Shown: positions 28,785 through 38,611 of the stretch, piece after piece
How the letters are laid out: the number at the start of each line of letters is the position of its first letter
Position numbering within the stretch: position 1 is the stretch's first letter
The notes under the pieces: generated by a model
Database searches by the model: none
What the model saw: the letters and a program-made list of their open reading frames with translations, nothing else
What the model was told of the DNA's origin: nothing
Translations under genes and position numbers: made by a program
Source: an uncultured Ectothiorhodospiraceae bacterium
GTDB lineage: Bacteria; Pseudomonadota; Gammaproteobacteria; JAABTG01
DNA length: 64,000 nt
Assembly: GCA_937867305.1 (NCBI GenBank)
Contig: CALMKJ010000025.1
Location: forward strand, 12,196 to 76,195
Direction of reading: 5' to 3'

Positions 28785-30130
28785 GCATGAACCAGGAGAT
28801 GGAACAGACGTTCCAAATGTTCATGGGTATGGTGAACGAGCTCGGCACGCTCGCCAAGCCGGTCGACCTGCCCGACTCCGAGCGCATCGCGCGCGCCAAG
28901 AAGGTCTTCATGGAGAAGACCACCTGGGACATCGCGGCCGAGCTCGAGGGTTGCATCCACTGCGGGATGTGCGCCGAGGCCTGCCACTTCCGGGTCTCCT
29001 CCGGCGACCCCAAGTACACGCCGGCGCGCAAGTTCGAGTTGATGCGCACGGTGTACCGGCGGGAGATGAGCCCGATGCGCTGGGTCAACCGCCTGGTGAT
29101 GCCGGACATCACCATGAAGGACCTGCAGGAGTCCGTCGAGCTGGTGTACGACTCCTGCACCCTCTGCGCGCGCTGCAGCATGATCTGCCCGATGGGGATC
29201 CACATCGCCGAGCTGGTCGAGTACCACCGCGAGGCGCTCGCCGCCGCGGGCATGGTGCCCGACGAGATGCTGGCGCTCGACCAGGAGCAGGCGGAGACGG
29301 GCCACATCTTCAACGCCGACCGGGAGGTCCTGAAGTTCAAGGTGGAGGAGCTGTCGCAGCAGTACAACGTGCCGATCCCCCTGGACAAGGAAGGCCAGGT
29401 GGACGTCATGATCCTGACGAGCGGCCTCGACCTGCACCTGTTCAACGACGCCATCGTCGGCACGGCCAAGATCTGCAACCACGCGAAGCTGAACTGGTCG
29501 TACTTCACCGACTCCTACGAGGGGGCCAACTTCGGCTTCATGAGCGGTGATGCGGGCAACCACAGGCTGGAGGTGTCCCGCGTGTACGAGGCGGCGGTCA
29601 AGCACGGCGCGAAGTACGTGGTCGCCCCGGAGTGCGGGCACGCCTACCCGGCGCTGCGCTTCTATGCCGCCGAGGCGCTCGGCAAGCCGCTGCCCTTCGA
29701 CGTGCTGGCACCCTCCGAGTTCATCGCGATGCTGTACAAGGAGGGCAAGCTCAAGCTGAAGAAGCCCGAGGACCGCACGGTGGTGACCTTCCACGACCCC
29801 TGCAAGGTCGGGCGCCACGGCGGTGTCTTCGAGGGGCCGCGCGAGGTCCTGAAGGCCATGGGCCTCGAGGTCCGCGAGACCGACAGCAACCGCATGGTCA
29901 ACATATGCTGCGGCGGTGGCGCTGCGGTGTTCCTGCTCCAGAACGCCAACGAGCTGCGGCAGAAGACCTTCGAGCTCAAGTACGAGGAGGTCAAGAAGAC
30001 CAAGGCCGAAGCGCTGGTCGTGTCCTGTGGAAGCTGCCGCCTGAATTTCGAGCGGGGCAAGATGAACGCCGGCGAGGGTATGCCGGTCGACAGCTTTGCC
30101 CAGATCGTCGGCGACAACCTGGTCAGCTAG
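28781..30130 (+). CDS. isp2: Isp2, heterodisulfide-reductase-like Fe-S protein (HdrD/DsrK-like)
   Basis: CIHCGMCAEAC and CTLCARCSMIC ferredoxin motifs; ECGH, HDPC, CCGGG and CGSC of the CCG domain. Confidence 0.88.
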   Translation: MSMNQEMEQTFQMFMGMVNELGTLAKPVDLPDSERIARAKKVFMEKTTWDIAAELEGCIHCGMCAEACHFRVSSGDPKYTPARKFELMRTVYRREMSPMRWVNRLVMPDITMKDLQESVELVYDSCTLCARCSMICPMGIHIAELVEYHREALAAAGMVPDEMLALDQEQAETGHIFNADREVLKFKVEELSQQYNVPIPLDKEGQVDVMILTSGLDLHLFNDAIVGTAKICNHAKLNWSYFTDSYEGANFGFMSGDAGNHRLEVSRVYEAAVKHGAKYVVAPECGHAYPALRFYAAEALGKPLPFDVLAPSEFIAMLYKEGKLKLKKPEDRTVVTFHDPCKVGRHGGVFEGPREVLKAMGLEVRETDSNRMVNICCGGGAAVFLLQNANELRQKTFELKYEEVKKTKAEALVVSCGSCRLNFERGKMNAGEGMPVDSFAQIVGDNLVS

Positions 30131-30139
30131 GACGTGCGA

Positions 30140-30179
30140 CGGTGGTGCGCGGGGGGCTCGACCCCCCCGTGAACCGCCG
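30140..30179 (+). other. Intercistronic GC-rich stem-loop between isp2 and hynL
   Basis: CGGTGGT-GCGCGGGGGG-CTCGAC-CCCCCCGTGA-ACCGCCG; no U-tract follows. Confidence 0.55.
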
Positions 30180-30217
30180 GGCACGGACACCGAACGGAAC
30201 GAGATCGAGAACAAGCC

Positions 30218-31951
30218 ATGACAGAACGAGTCGTTGTCGACCCGATCACGCGCATCGAAGGCCACCTTCGGATCGAGGCCAAGATGGACGGCGGCAAGAT
30301 CGCCGAGGCCTATTCCTCCGGCACGATGGTGCGCGGGATCGAGACCATCCTCCTCGGCAGGGACCCGCGTGACGCCTGGGCCTTCGTCCAGCGCATCTGC
30401 GGTGTCTGCACCCTGGTCCACGGGATGGCGTCCATCCGCGCCGTGGAGGACGCCCTGAAGTACCCGATCCCGGCGAACGCGAACCTGATTCGCAACCTGA
30501 TGATCGGGGCCCAGTACATTCACGACCACGTGATGCACTTCTACCACCTGCACGCGCTGGACTGGGTGGACGTGGTCTCCGCGCTCAAGGCCGACCCCAA
30601 GAAGACCTCGGAAATCGCCCAGACGGTCACGCCGAACTGGCCGAAGTCCTCGCCGGGGTATTTCTCCGACGTCAAGAAGCGCCTGACGAACTTCGTGGAG
30701 TCGGGGCAGCTCGGCATCTTCGCGAACGGCTACTGGGGCAGCGCGGTCTACAAGCTGCCGCCCGAGGTCAACCTGATGGCGGTTGCCCACTACCTCGAGG
30801 CCCTGCAGTGGCAGCGCGAGGCGGTGAAGCTGCACGCGATCTTCGGTGGCAAGAACCCCCACCCGATGTTCGTGGTGGGCGGCGTGCCGACGCCGATCGA
30901 CCCGAACTCGGACTCGGCTATCAACAGCGAGCGCCTCTCGCAGGTCCAGAACATCATCAAGTCCATGAAGGACTTCGTGGACCAGGTGTACGTTCCGGAC
31001 ACCCTGGCGATCGCCGGCTTCTACAAGGACTGGTTCGGCCGCGGCGAGGGCCTGGGCAACTTCCTGTCGTTCGGCGACTTCCCGGAGAAGGGGATCAACG
31101 ACGCCAAGAGTCTCCTGATCCCGGCGGGTGTCATCCTGAACCGCGACCTGACCAAGATCCACCCGGTCGACCCGAGGGATCCGAAGCAGATCCAGGAGTT
31201 CGTCTCTCACTCCTGGTACGACTACTCGGTCGGCAAGGAGAAGGGGCTGCACCCGTACGAAGGCGAGACCACCTTCAACTACAAGGGGCGTGGCGGTCCG
31301 AAGGCTCCGTTCAAACAGTTGAACGTCGAGGACGGCTACTCCTGGCTGAAGTCGCCGCGCTGGAACGGAAAGGCGGTGGAGGTTGGACCGCTGGCCCGCG
31401 TGCTGGTGATGTACGCCTCCGGCAACCCCCAGGCCAAGGAACTGGTCGACATGGCGTTGAAGAAGCTCGGCGCGGAGCCGCGGGCGCTGTTCTCGACCCT
31501 GGGCCGTACCGCGGCCCGGACGCTCGAGTCCGCGATCATCGCGAGCCACATGCAGACCTGGTACGACAACCTGGTGGCCAACATCAAGGCCGGCGACACC
31601 AAGACGTTCAACTCCGACCTGTGGGATCCCGCCACCTGGCCCAGCGAGGCGAAGGGTGTGGGCTTCATGGAGGCGCCGCGCGGTGGCCTCGCCCACTACA
31701 TCGTCATCAAGGGCGGCAAGATCGACAACTACCAGGCCGTCGTGCCGAGCACCTGGAACGCCGGTCCGCGTGACGGGCAGGGCCAGGCCGGTGCCTACGA
31801 GGCCGCGCTTCAGGACAACCACGAACTGCTCGACCCGAAGCAGCCTGTGGAAATCCTGCGCACCATCCACAGCTTCGACCCCTGCCTGGCCTGTGCGGTG
31901 CACCTGGCGGGTGAGGACGGCGAGGAGTTGGTGAAGGTGAAGGTGCGGTAA
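30218..31951 (+). CDS. hynL: [NiFe]-hydrogenase large subunit (group 1e)
   Basis: DPITRIEGHL; L1 QRICGVC; L2 SFDPCLACAVH followed by a cleavable 15-aa C-terminal extension. Confidence 0.96.
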   Translation: MTERVVVDPITRIEGHLRIEAKMDGGKIAEAYSSGTMVRGIETILLGRDPRDAWAFVQRICGVCTLVHGMASIRAVEDALKYPIPANANLIRNLMIGAQYIHDHVMHFYHLHALDWVDVVSALKADPKKTSEIAQTVTPNWPKSSPGYFSDVKKRLTNFVESGQLGIFANGYWGSAVYKLPPEVNLMAVAHYLEALQWQREAVKLHAIFGGKNPHPMFVVGGVPTPIDPNSDSAINSERLSQVQNIIKSMKDFVDQVYVPDTLAIAGFYKDWFGRGEGLGNFLSFGDFPEKGINDAKSLLIPAGVILNRDLTKIHPVDPRDPKQIQEFVSHSWYDYSVGKEKGLHPYEGETTFNYKGRGGPKAPFKQLNVEDGYSWLKSPRWNGKAVEVGPLARVLVMYASGNPQAKELVDMALKKLGAEPRALFSTLGRTAARTLESAIIASHMQTWYDNLVANIKAGDTKTFNSDLWDPATWPSEAKGVGFMEAPRGGLAHYIVIKGGKIDNYQAVVPSTWNAGPRDGQGQAGAYEAALQDNHELLDPKQPVEILRTIHSFDPCLACAVHLAGEDGEELVKVKVR

Positions 31952-31978
31952 GGTAGAAGCCGCAGACGGGAAGTAGGG

Positions 31979-32021
31979 CGCCCTGCCCCACCCGCGAAGG
32001 TGGGGCAGGGCGTTTCGTTTT
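31979..32021 (+). terminator. Rho-independent terminator of the hyn operon
   Basis: Perfect 14-bp stem CGCCCTGCCCCACC / GGTGGGGCAGGGCG, 6-nt loop, followed by TTTCGTTTT. Confidence 0.88.
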
Positions 32022-32050
32022 CGGCCCCCTCACTCGCGAGGTGCCCCGAC

Positions 32051-33007
32051 GTGACCCGAATCGACGTGTTCAATGGCGATGCGGACGGCATCTGCGCCCT
32101 GCAGCAGATCCGGCTGGCCGAGCCGGGGGAGAGCGTCCTGGTGACGGGTGTCAAACGGGACATCGCGTTGCTCGACCGGGTCACCGCCCGGCCCGGGGAC
32201 GAGGTGACGGTCCTCGATGTGTCCCTCGACCGCAACCGTGACGCCCTGACTCGCCTGCTCGCGGCGGGAGCGAAGGTTCGCTATTTCGACCATCACTTTG
32301 CCGGGGAGGCGATCGAGCACCCCGCGCTTCTGCTGCGCATCGACCCGTCGCCCACCCGGGGGACCAGCCTGCTGGTGGACGAGTACCTCGGCGGTGCGCA
32401 CCGGGCCTGGGCCGTGGTCGGGACCTTTGGTGACAATCTGGACGAGAGCGCGGTCCGCGCGGCCGCCCCGCTCGGTCTCAGTGCGCAGACGACGGGCCGG
32501 CTGCGCGAGCTGGGCGTGCTGCTCAACTACAACGCCTACGGCGAGCGCGTGGAGGACCTCCACGTGCATCCGGCCGAGGTCTTCCGCCGTCTCGCCCCCT
32601 ACCCGGACCCCCTGACGTTTGTCGCGAAGGACCCGCTCTTCACCTTGCTGCGGGAAGGGTATGCGGCAGACCGGGATCGGGCGGCGGCCCTGCGGCCCGT
32701 GCTGGAAACCCCGAGGGTGGCCGTCTACGTCCTGCCTGCGGAGACCTGGGCACGGCGGGTGAGCGGGGTCTACGCGAACGACCTGGCGCGTGGGGCGCCC
32801 GGGCGCGCCCACGCGCTGGTGACGAGACGCCCGGAAGGGGGTGCAGTCGTGAGCGTTCGTGCCCCGCTCTCCCACAGCGTGGGTGCCGACGCCCTTTGCC
32901 GGCGGTTCCCGACCGGGGGGGGACGTCAGGGGGCTGCGGGCATCAACGACCTGCCCGAAGAGCGCTTCGACGACTTCGTGCGGGCCTTCGTGGAGGCGTT
33001 CGGTTAG
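32051..33007 (+). CDS. DHH-family phosphoesterase
   Basis: DVFNGDADG, LDVS, YFDHH, C-terminal GGGRQGAAG (DHHA1-like). Confidence 0.8.
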   Translation: MTRIDVFNGDADGICALQQIRLAEPGESVLVTGVKRDIALLDRVTARPGDEVTVLDVSLDRNRDALTRLLAAGAKVRYFDHHFAGEAIEHPALLLRIDPSPTRGTSLLVDEYLGGAHRAWAVVGTFGDNLDESAVRAAAPLGLSAQTTGRLRELGVLLNYNAYGERVEDLHVHPAEVFRRLAPYPDPLTFVAKDPLFTLLREGYAADRDRAAALRPVLETPRVAVYVLPAETWARRVSGVYANDLARGAPGRAHALVTRRPEGGAVVSVRAPLSHSVGADALCRRFPTGGGRQGAAGINDLPEERFDDFVRAFVEAFG

Positions 33008-34515
33008 CCCCCCGCGGGCGGGCGCCAGCCCTCCAGGATCTCGAGGCAGGCCCGATTCATCTCGCGGGCCCTCTCTTCGCTGTCCGCCTCGTTGTAGCAG
33101 CGCAATTCCGGCGCGTTCCCGGAGGGGCGCAGGTGTGCCACCTCGCCGCTGGCAAAGTTGACCCGCAGGCCGTCCGTGGCGTCCACGGCCGCCACGGGCC
33201 CGAACAGCCCCCGGAAGGCGCGCTCGATCGCGGCGTGGTCGCGGGCGGTGTTCCCGGTCTGAAGCGCACCCAATCGCTGGCGGCTCAGTTCGGTGGGGAA
33301 GTCCTTCAACCGGTCGCTGGCGGTGAAACGCGGGGGCAGGGAGTCCGCGAGGGCGGACACGGGCACCGCGCGCAGCCGGCTCGAGTGCAGCAGGGCGAGG
33401 ACGACGACCAGGGCATCGCGCGTCGGCAGGGGTTCGAGGCGCCGACCGTCGGCCTCGAACGGGCTTGCCGTCAGGAATCCCCCGTTGGCCTCGTAGCCCA
33501 CGACCCGGTCCTCGCCCTCGTCGACGGCGCGGAGCATGGCCTCGACGACGTAGGGTGACCCGATCCGGGTCCGGAGCACCCGACGGAAGCGCCCGCAACG
33601 CTCGGCGACCGTATTGCTGCTGACGGGTGTCACCACCACCCTGGCGCCCAGATACTCCGCGCAGAGGACCCCCGCGACGTCGCCCCGCAGCCAGTGTCCC
33701 CGTTCGTCGGCGAGGAGGGGGCGGTCTGCGTCACCATCGGTGGAGACGATGGCGTCCAGGCGGGCCTCCCGGGCCCAGCGGAGTGCGAGCTCCACGTCCT
33801 CGGCGCGCACCGCCTCGGTGTCCACCGGGACGAAGGTTTCGGAGCGGCCGAGGGGTACCGCCTCTGCCCCGAGTGCGGCCAGGACTTCGCCGAGCAGGTC
33901 CCGACCCACCGAGGAGTGCTCGTAGACACCGACGCGCAGCCCTTCGAGGCAACCGGGGGGAAAGAAGCCGAGATACCGCCCGACGTAGGCTCGCCGGGCG
34001 CCTTCCTCCACGGGCGGGATTGCGGCAGGGGCCCCCGTGAGCGCCCCGGCAGGGTCGAAACGCCCCTCCGGCACCTCGACTCTCTGGCCCCGGATCCCCT
34101 GCTCGTCGGCCTTGGAGATCTCGCCGTCGGCGCGGTTGAACTTGATCCCGTTGCGGTCGTCCGGGATGTGGCTACCGGTCACCATCACCGACGGGACCCC
34201 TTGTCGCAGTCCGTACCAGGCGAGTGCAGGGGAGGGAATGCGCCCGCAGTGCACGGGGCTCATGCCCGCGTCGCGGATGGCCTGGACGACGGCCGCCATG
34301 ATTCGCCCCGTGCTCGGTCGCAGGTCCCCGGCCACGGCGACGCGGTCCATCGCGCCCCCGGACCCTCCGAGCTGTTGCAGGAAGGCGCGGGTGTACAGGT
34401 AGCAGACCTCGTCGGTCATCGCGCTCACCAGGCCGCGTGCCCCGCTGGTGCCGAAACCGACGCCGGACTGCTCCATGAGGTGGGCGATGGAAACCGCTCG
34501 AGCTGGATGGTTCAT
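33004..34515 (-). CDS. manB: Phosphomannomutase
   Basis: FGTSGARG, TGSHIPDDRNGIKF (phospho-Ser), DGDADRP, GYEANGG, RPSGNAPELRCY. Confidence 0.9.
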   Translation of the reverse strand: MNHPARAVSIAHLMEQSGVGFGTSGARGLVSAMTDEVCYLYTRAFLQQLGGSGGAMDRVAVAGDLRPSTGRIMAAVVQAIRDAGMSPVHCGRIPSPALAWYGLRQGVPSVMVTGSHIPDDRNGIKFNRADGEISKADEQGIRGQRVEVPEGRFDPAGALTGAPAAIPPVEEGARRAYVGRYLGFFPPGCLEGLRVGVYEHSSVGRDLLGEVLAALGAEAVPLGRSETFVPVDTEAVRAEDVELALRWAREARLDAIVSTDGDADRPLLADERGHWLRGDVAGVLCAEYLGARVVVTPVSSNTVAERCGRFRRVLRTRIGSPYVVEAMLRAVDEGEDRVVGYEANGGFLTASPFEADGRRLEPLPTRDALVVVLALLHSSRLRAVPVSALADSLPPRFTASDRLKDFPTELSRQRLGALQTGNTARDHAAIERAFRGLFGPVAAVDATDGLRVNFASGEVAHLRPSGNAPELRCYNEADSEERAREMNRACLEILEGWRPPAGG

Positions 34516-34640
34516 GGGACGGATCCCCGGCGTGGCTGCCCGGATTCTAGCAGCGGCAGTCCCGGCCGGCAGGCGGCGCTCAAAGCTTTGCCGGCCCTGC
34601 CGATAGCACGGGGGTATTCGACCACTCGCCACGTCGCGCC

Positions 34641-35537
34641 ATGGATGCGTTGGTCCAGTCGGTAATCCTCGGGATTCGCTCAGACCTCGCAGCGGGCCGG
34701 CTCGTGCTCCCGTCGCTCCCGGAGATCACCTTCCAGGTGGCCAGGCTCCTCGACGACCCGAGCTCCAGTGGTGAGGCAATCGCGGCGCTGGTGGGGAAGG
34801 ACCCGGCGCTGAGCGCCCGCTTCCTGCGCCTCGCGAACAGCGCCTACTTCCCCGGGATGCGGCCCGTGGCGGACCTTCGCCGGGCCATCGTGCGGCTCGG
34901 CCACAAGGTCATCAAGCACCTGATCACGACCCTCGCGGTCTCCAAGCTCTACGACGTGCGTGCGCATCCCGCGGCCAGACCGCACCTGGTGGAGCTCTGG
35001 CAGCAGAGCACCATGGTGGCCAGCCTTTCGGAGGTGATGGCCCGCCGGCTTGGTCACCTCGAGGCCGAGGTCGCGATGCTCGCGGGGCTCGTTCACCGCA
35101 TCGGGGCGCTTCCCGTGATCGTACGAGCGGAGCGTACCCCGGAAGTCCTGGCCGACCGTGCCCGGGTGCGTGAGCTGCTCGGGCAGGTCCAGCGCGAGGT
35201 GGGAGCGGCGGTCGTCGCCCAGTGGCGTTTCCCGCCCGAGCTCGTCGCGGTCGTCGTGGAGCACGAGGACGCGACCCGCGAGAGCCCTGGCCTCGCGGAC
35301 TACGTGGACCTCGTTCAGGTGGCCAGCCTGCTCACCTACCGCGGCACGGACCACCCCTGGGCGTCGCTGCCCTGGGCGAGCGTGCCGGCCACTCTGGCGG
35401 TCGGTCTCGAGGAGAATGAGGTGGAAAGCCTGCTGGGGTATGCGGGCGCGCGCGTCGGGGAGCTGCGCCGCCTCCTCGGGCCCCAGTCGGCGGCATCGGT
35501 CGCCGGCAGCCCGGTGCGCCGCCAGGCGGCCGGCTAG
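34641..35537 (+). CDS. HDOD-domain protein
   Basis: LPSLPEI, KDPALSARFLRLANSA, AIVRLG, LAGLVHRIG, QWRFP. Confidence 0.88.
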   Translation: MDALVQSVILGIRSDLAAGRLVLPSLPEITFQVARLLDDPSSSGEAIAALVGKDPALSARFLRLANSAYFPGMRPVADLRRAIVRLGHKVIKHLITTLAVSKLYDVRAHPAARPHLVELWQQSTMVASLSEVMARRLGHLEAEVAMLAGLVHRIGALPVIVRAERTPEVLADRARVRELLGQVQREVGAAVVAQWRFPPELVAVVVEHEDATRESPGLADYVDLVQVASLLTYRGTDHPWASLPWASVPATLAVGLEENEVESLLGYAGARVGELRRLLGPQSAASVAGSPVRRQAAG

Positions 35538-35699
35538 GAGAGGGACCGAATACCGTTTAGCGCAATCCAGTGACGATGTGAGGGTTGGTCCCCTCGGCAG
35601 GGCAAGGCGTAAAATCCCGCTGCATGGTGTACGGGATATGACGCCCCCTCCGGTTCGCGGTCCCCACTGGGTTCAGGGCCCCTGCAGGCCCCTCTGCGC

Positions 35700-36620
35700 A
35701 TGGTGACGTCCCGGGATTGCACCCTCTTCGTCCTCAGGAGGCCCGGGGCGTTCCTGCTGCGGGCGCTGCTCGGCTTCAAGCGCAACCAGGGGCTGCTGCT
35801 CTCCGGGGCCGTCGCCTACTACACCCTGCTCTCCATCGTTCCCCTGTTTGCGCTGCTGCTCGTCGGGCTCTCGCATTTCGTCGAGGAGCAGACGCTGCTC
35901 GCGACCATGGGGCGCTACATGGAGCTCATGGCGCCCGGTTCGGCAGGGGCCGTGACGGAGCAGGTGCGCGCCTTCATCGCCAACCGGCACGTGGTTGGCA
36001 CGGTCGGGATCGTGGTCCTGCTGTTCTTCAGTTCCGTCGCCTTCAGCGTGATGGAGAGCGCGATGAGCGTCATCTTCATGCACCGGGAAGGGGTTCGGAG
36101 CAGACACTTCCTGGTCTCGGCCATCATCCCCTATCTGTTCATCCTGCTCCTGGCGGTGGGGGTTTTGCTGGTCTCTTTGATCGCCGGGGCCCTGCAGACC
36201 CTGGAAGGGCGGGAACTGGTCTTGTTCGGCCAGCACTGGTCGCTCCAGGGCAGCGCGGCGCGTGTCCTGTATCTGCTGGGAATGGTCGGGCTCATCCTGA
36301 TGCTCACGGCACTCTACGTGATCATGCCAGTGGGGCGGACGGCGTTTCGCCACGCCCTCGTCGGGGGCACTACCGCGGCCGTGCTCTGGGAGATCACCCG
36401 CCACGTGCTCGTCTGGTATTTCTCGAACCTCTCTCTGGTGAACGTGGTGTACGGGTCGCTCGCCACGTCGGTGGTCGCCCTCCTCAGCTTCGAGGTGGCA
36501 GCGATCATCCTGCTGTTCGGGGCGCAGGTCATCGCGGAATTCGAGTGCAGTGTGCGCGAGCGGTGCCTCACCGGCCGGCAGGGCGAGGAGACGGGCCAGG
36601 GGGGAACCCCTGCACCCTAG
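35700..36620 (+). CDS. YihY/BrkB-family membrane protein
   Basis: AVAYYTLLSIVP, multiple TM helices, VVYGSLAT, ILLFGAQ. Confidence 0.88.
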   Translation: MVTSRDCTLFVLRRPGAFLLRALLGFKRNQGLLLSGAVAYYTLLSIVPLFALLLVGLSHFVEEQTLLATMGRYMELMAPGSAGAVTEQVRAFIANRHVVGTVGIVVLLFFSSVAFSVMESAMSVIFMHREGVRSRHFLVSAIIPYLFILLLAVGVLLVSLIAGALQTLEGRELVLFGQHWSLQGSAARVLYLLGMVGLILMLTALYVIMPVGRTAFRHALVGGTTAAVLWEITRHVLVWYFSNLSLVNVVYGSLATSVVALLSFEVAAIILLFGAQVIAEFECSVRERCLTGRQGEETGQGGTPAP

Positions 36621-37102
36621 CAGGGTCGAAGCGGGCAAGCGCACCTCCCCCGAGCTGGGCTGTCCACCGTGTCGAGGGCGGCTACACTGCCCCGGCCTCC
36701 CGGGATATTCCCTAACCCACTGAATGAAAGAGCTTTCGGGCGAGAGCCGCCTACGGTTCGGCAGACCCGGCGTGATCCGTGTCACCACACGGGCCCCGTG
36801 CCGTGTCGGTCCGCTTGACAAGATCGATTTACGGTCTTGAGAAGATCGTACAAGACATTGATAGGGAAGGGTCTTTCAGGAGACTGGTGTGGAATCTGCA
36901 GAGGGCTGCGGGCCGGTGCAAAATGGGTTCCCGTCTCCGATGGCGCCCGGGCGCCGGCCGGGACAGCCCACTCCATCGGCACTCGCCCCCATGACAGAAC
37001 TCGCCCGCTCAGCTCATCCCCACTCCCGGCTCAGGACGGCCGAGGCGGCAGGGCTGCGCCCGCATTGCGGTCCGGGGATTTCCGGGCGGGTGTTCCAGGG
37101 CC

Positions 37103-38611
37103 ATGGCTGAGCCGCGCCTCATCCTGGTCGCCCTCGAGGCGTCCGCCGACCGGTCGCTGGCGGTGCTTGTGCTCCGCCAGGCCTTTCCGGAAGACCGGGT
37201 CGAGGAGGTCGCGGACCCCATCGCCTTCGGCGAGGCACTGGCGGGCCCGGCCCCTTCGGCATTGGTGACGGCCCTGGGTTTTTCGTGGGCCGAAGGACCG
37301 AGGGTCCTCGCGGCGGTTCGCAGGCGGCACCCCGGCGTGGTCTCCGTGGTCTTCGACCTCCCGCCTGCGGAGCACGTGGCTGCGCGATTGTCCGAGATGG
37401 GCGTCGACCGGTACGTGCGCCGCGACAGCGCGGGCTATCTGGAACTGCCCGTGGCGCTGCGCGAGGCCTGGGCGCGGGCGGAGGCCCGGCGCAGTGGCGA
37501 CGATGCGGAACAGGTCTTCCGGCGCCTGGTGGAGGACGCGCCGATCGGTCTGTTCTCGGCCACTCCGAACGGCGTGCTCACCCGGGCCAATCCGTCGTTC
37601 GCCCGGGTCCTCGGGATGGCGCCCGGCACCCCCCTGCTGGGGAGGTCCCTGCGCGAGGTCCTGAGTGGCGCGCTGCCCGACCTCGCCCCGAGCCTGCCCG
37701 AGGACCTGCGCCGGGGGGTCCACGAGCCCGAGGTCCGCCTCGCGACGCAGACCGGTGACGTGCGCTGGGTCGGGGTGGATGTCTGGGGTGTGCGGGAGCA
37801 GGACGGTACCTTGCTGCGGCTGGACGGCGCCGTTCAGGACGTCACGTCGGCGCGTGCGGAGTCCGCGCGCTCCGCTGGGACGGGGGAGGCTGGGTGGGAC
37901 TCCTCCCGGGCCGAGCTGGAGCAGTTGGCCTACGCCGTGTCCCACGACCTTCAGGAGCCGTTGCACGTGCTCTCACGCCATGCCCACATCCTGGCGGAGC
38001 GCTATGCAAAGCGGCTGGACGCCGAAGGGGAGCGCTTCCTCGGCAACCTGGTGGGCAGCTCCGACCGCATGCAGGCGATGCTCGACGGGATCCTCGAGTA
38101 CGCCCGGGCCGGGCGGGAGGGCCGAGCCCTGGCGCCGGTCGACTTCAACCGGGCGCTGGAGGAGGCGCTGGAGAACCTGCGTGCCCGAATCGAGGAGACG
38201 GGTGCCGACGTCCGTCACACGACCCTCCCGGTCCTGCCGGGGGAGTATCGGCAGGTCGTGCAGCTGTTTCAGAATCTGGTCGGAAACGCATTAAAATTCC
38301 GGGGGACCGAGGCACCGAGGGTCATCGTCGGGGCGCGGGAGCGGGAGTCCGACTGGCGCTTCGCGGTCAAGGACAACGGCATCGGGATCGACCCCAAGTT
38401 TCAGCAGCGGATCTTCGGGATGTTTCAGCGCCTGCACACCGCAGAGGAGTACCCGGGCACGGGGGTCGGTCTCGCCCTGTGCAAGCGGATCGTCGAGCGC
38501 CACGGCGGGGAGATCTGGGTGCACTCCACCCCGGGGGAGGGGGCCACGTTCTTCTTCACGATTCCCAAGCAGGTGCCCGCTCCAGGCAAAGAGGAAGCGG
38601 ACCCCTCATGA
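37103..38611 (+). CDS. Cytoplasmic sensor histidine kinase (degenerate REC, PAS, HisKA, HATPase)
   Basis: AYAVSHDLQEPL (H-box), QNLVGNALKF (N), KDNGIGIDP (G1), IFGMFQRLH (F), GTGVGLA (G2); no TM segment. Confidence 0.92.
   Translation: MAEPRLILVALEASADRSLAVLVLRQAFPEDRVEEVADPIAFGEALAGPAPSALVTALGFSWAEGPRVLAAVRRRHPGVVSVVFDLPPAEHVAARLSEMGVDRYVRRDSAGYLELPVALREAWARAEARRSGDDAEQVFRRLVEDAPIGLFSATPNGVLTRANPSFARVLGMAPGTPLLGRSLREVLSGALPDLAPSLPEDLRRGVHEPEVRLATQTGDVRWVGVDVWGVREQDGTLLRLDGAVQDVTSARAESARSAGTGEAGWDSSRAELEQLAYAVSHDLQEPLHVLSRHAHILAERYAKRLDAEGERFLGNLVGSSDRMQAMLDGILEYARAGREGRALAPVDFNRALEEALENLRARIEETGADVRHTTLPVLPGEYRQVVQLFQNLVGNALKFRGTEAPRVIVGARERESDWRFAVKDNGIGIDPKFQQRIFGMFQRLHTAEEYPGTGVGLALCKRIVERHGGEIWVHSTPGEGATFFFTIPKQVPAPGKEEADPS

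Noticed and set aside
35538..35699. Possible riboswitch or sRNA between the HDOD and yihY genes
   Set aside because: Only loose stems and a TAAAAT -10-like element; no recognisable c-di-GMP or other aptamer core.
37894..38607. Apparent N-terminal extension of the GGDEF/EAL protein
   Set aside because: It overlaps the kinase in another frame. The ATG at 38608 (ATGA coupling) begins the REC domain.
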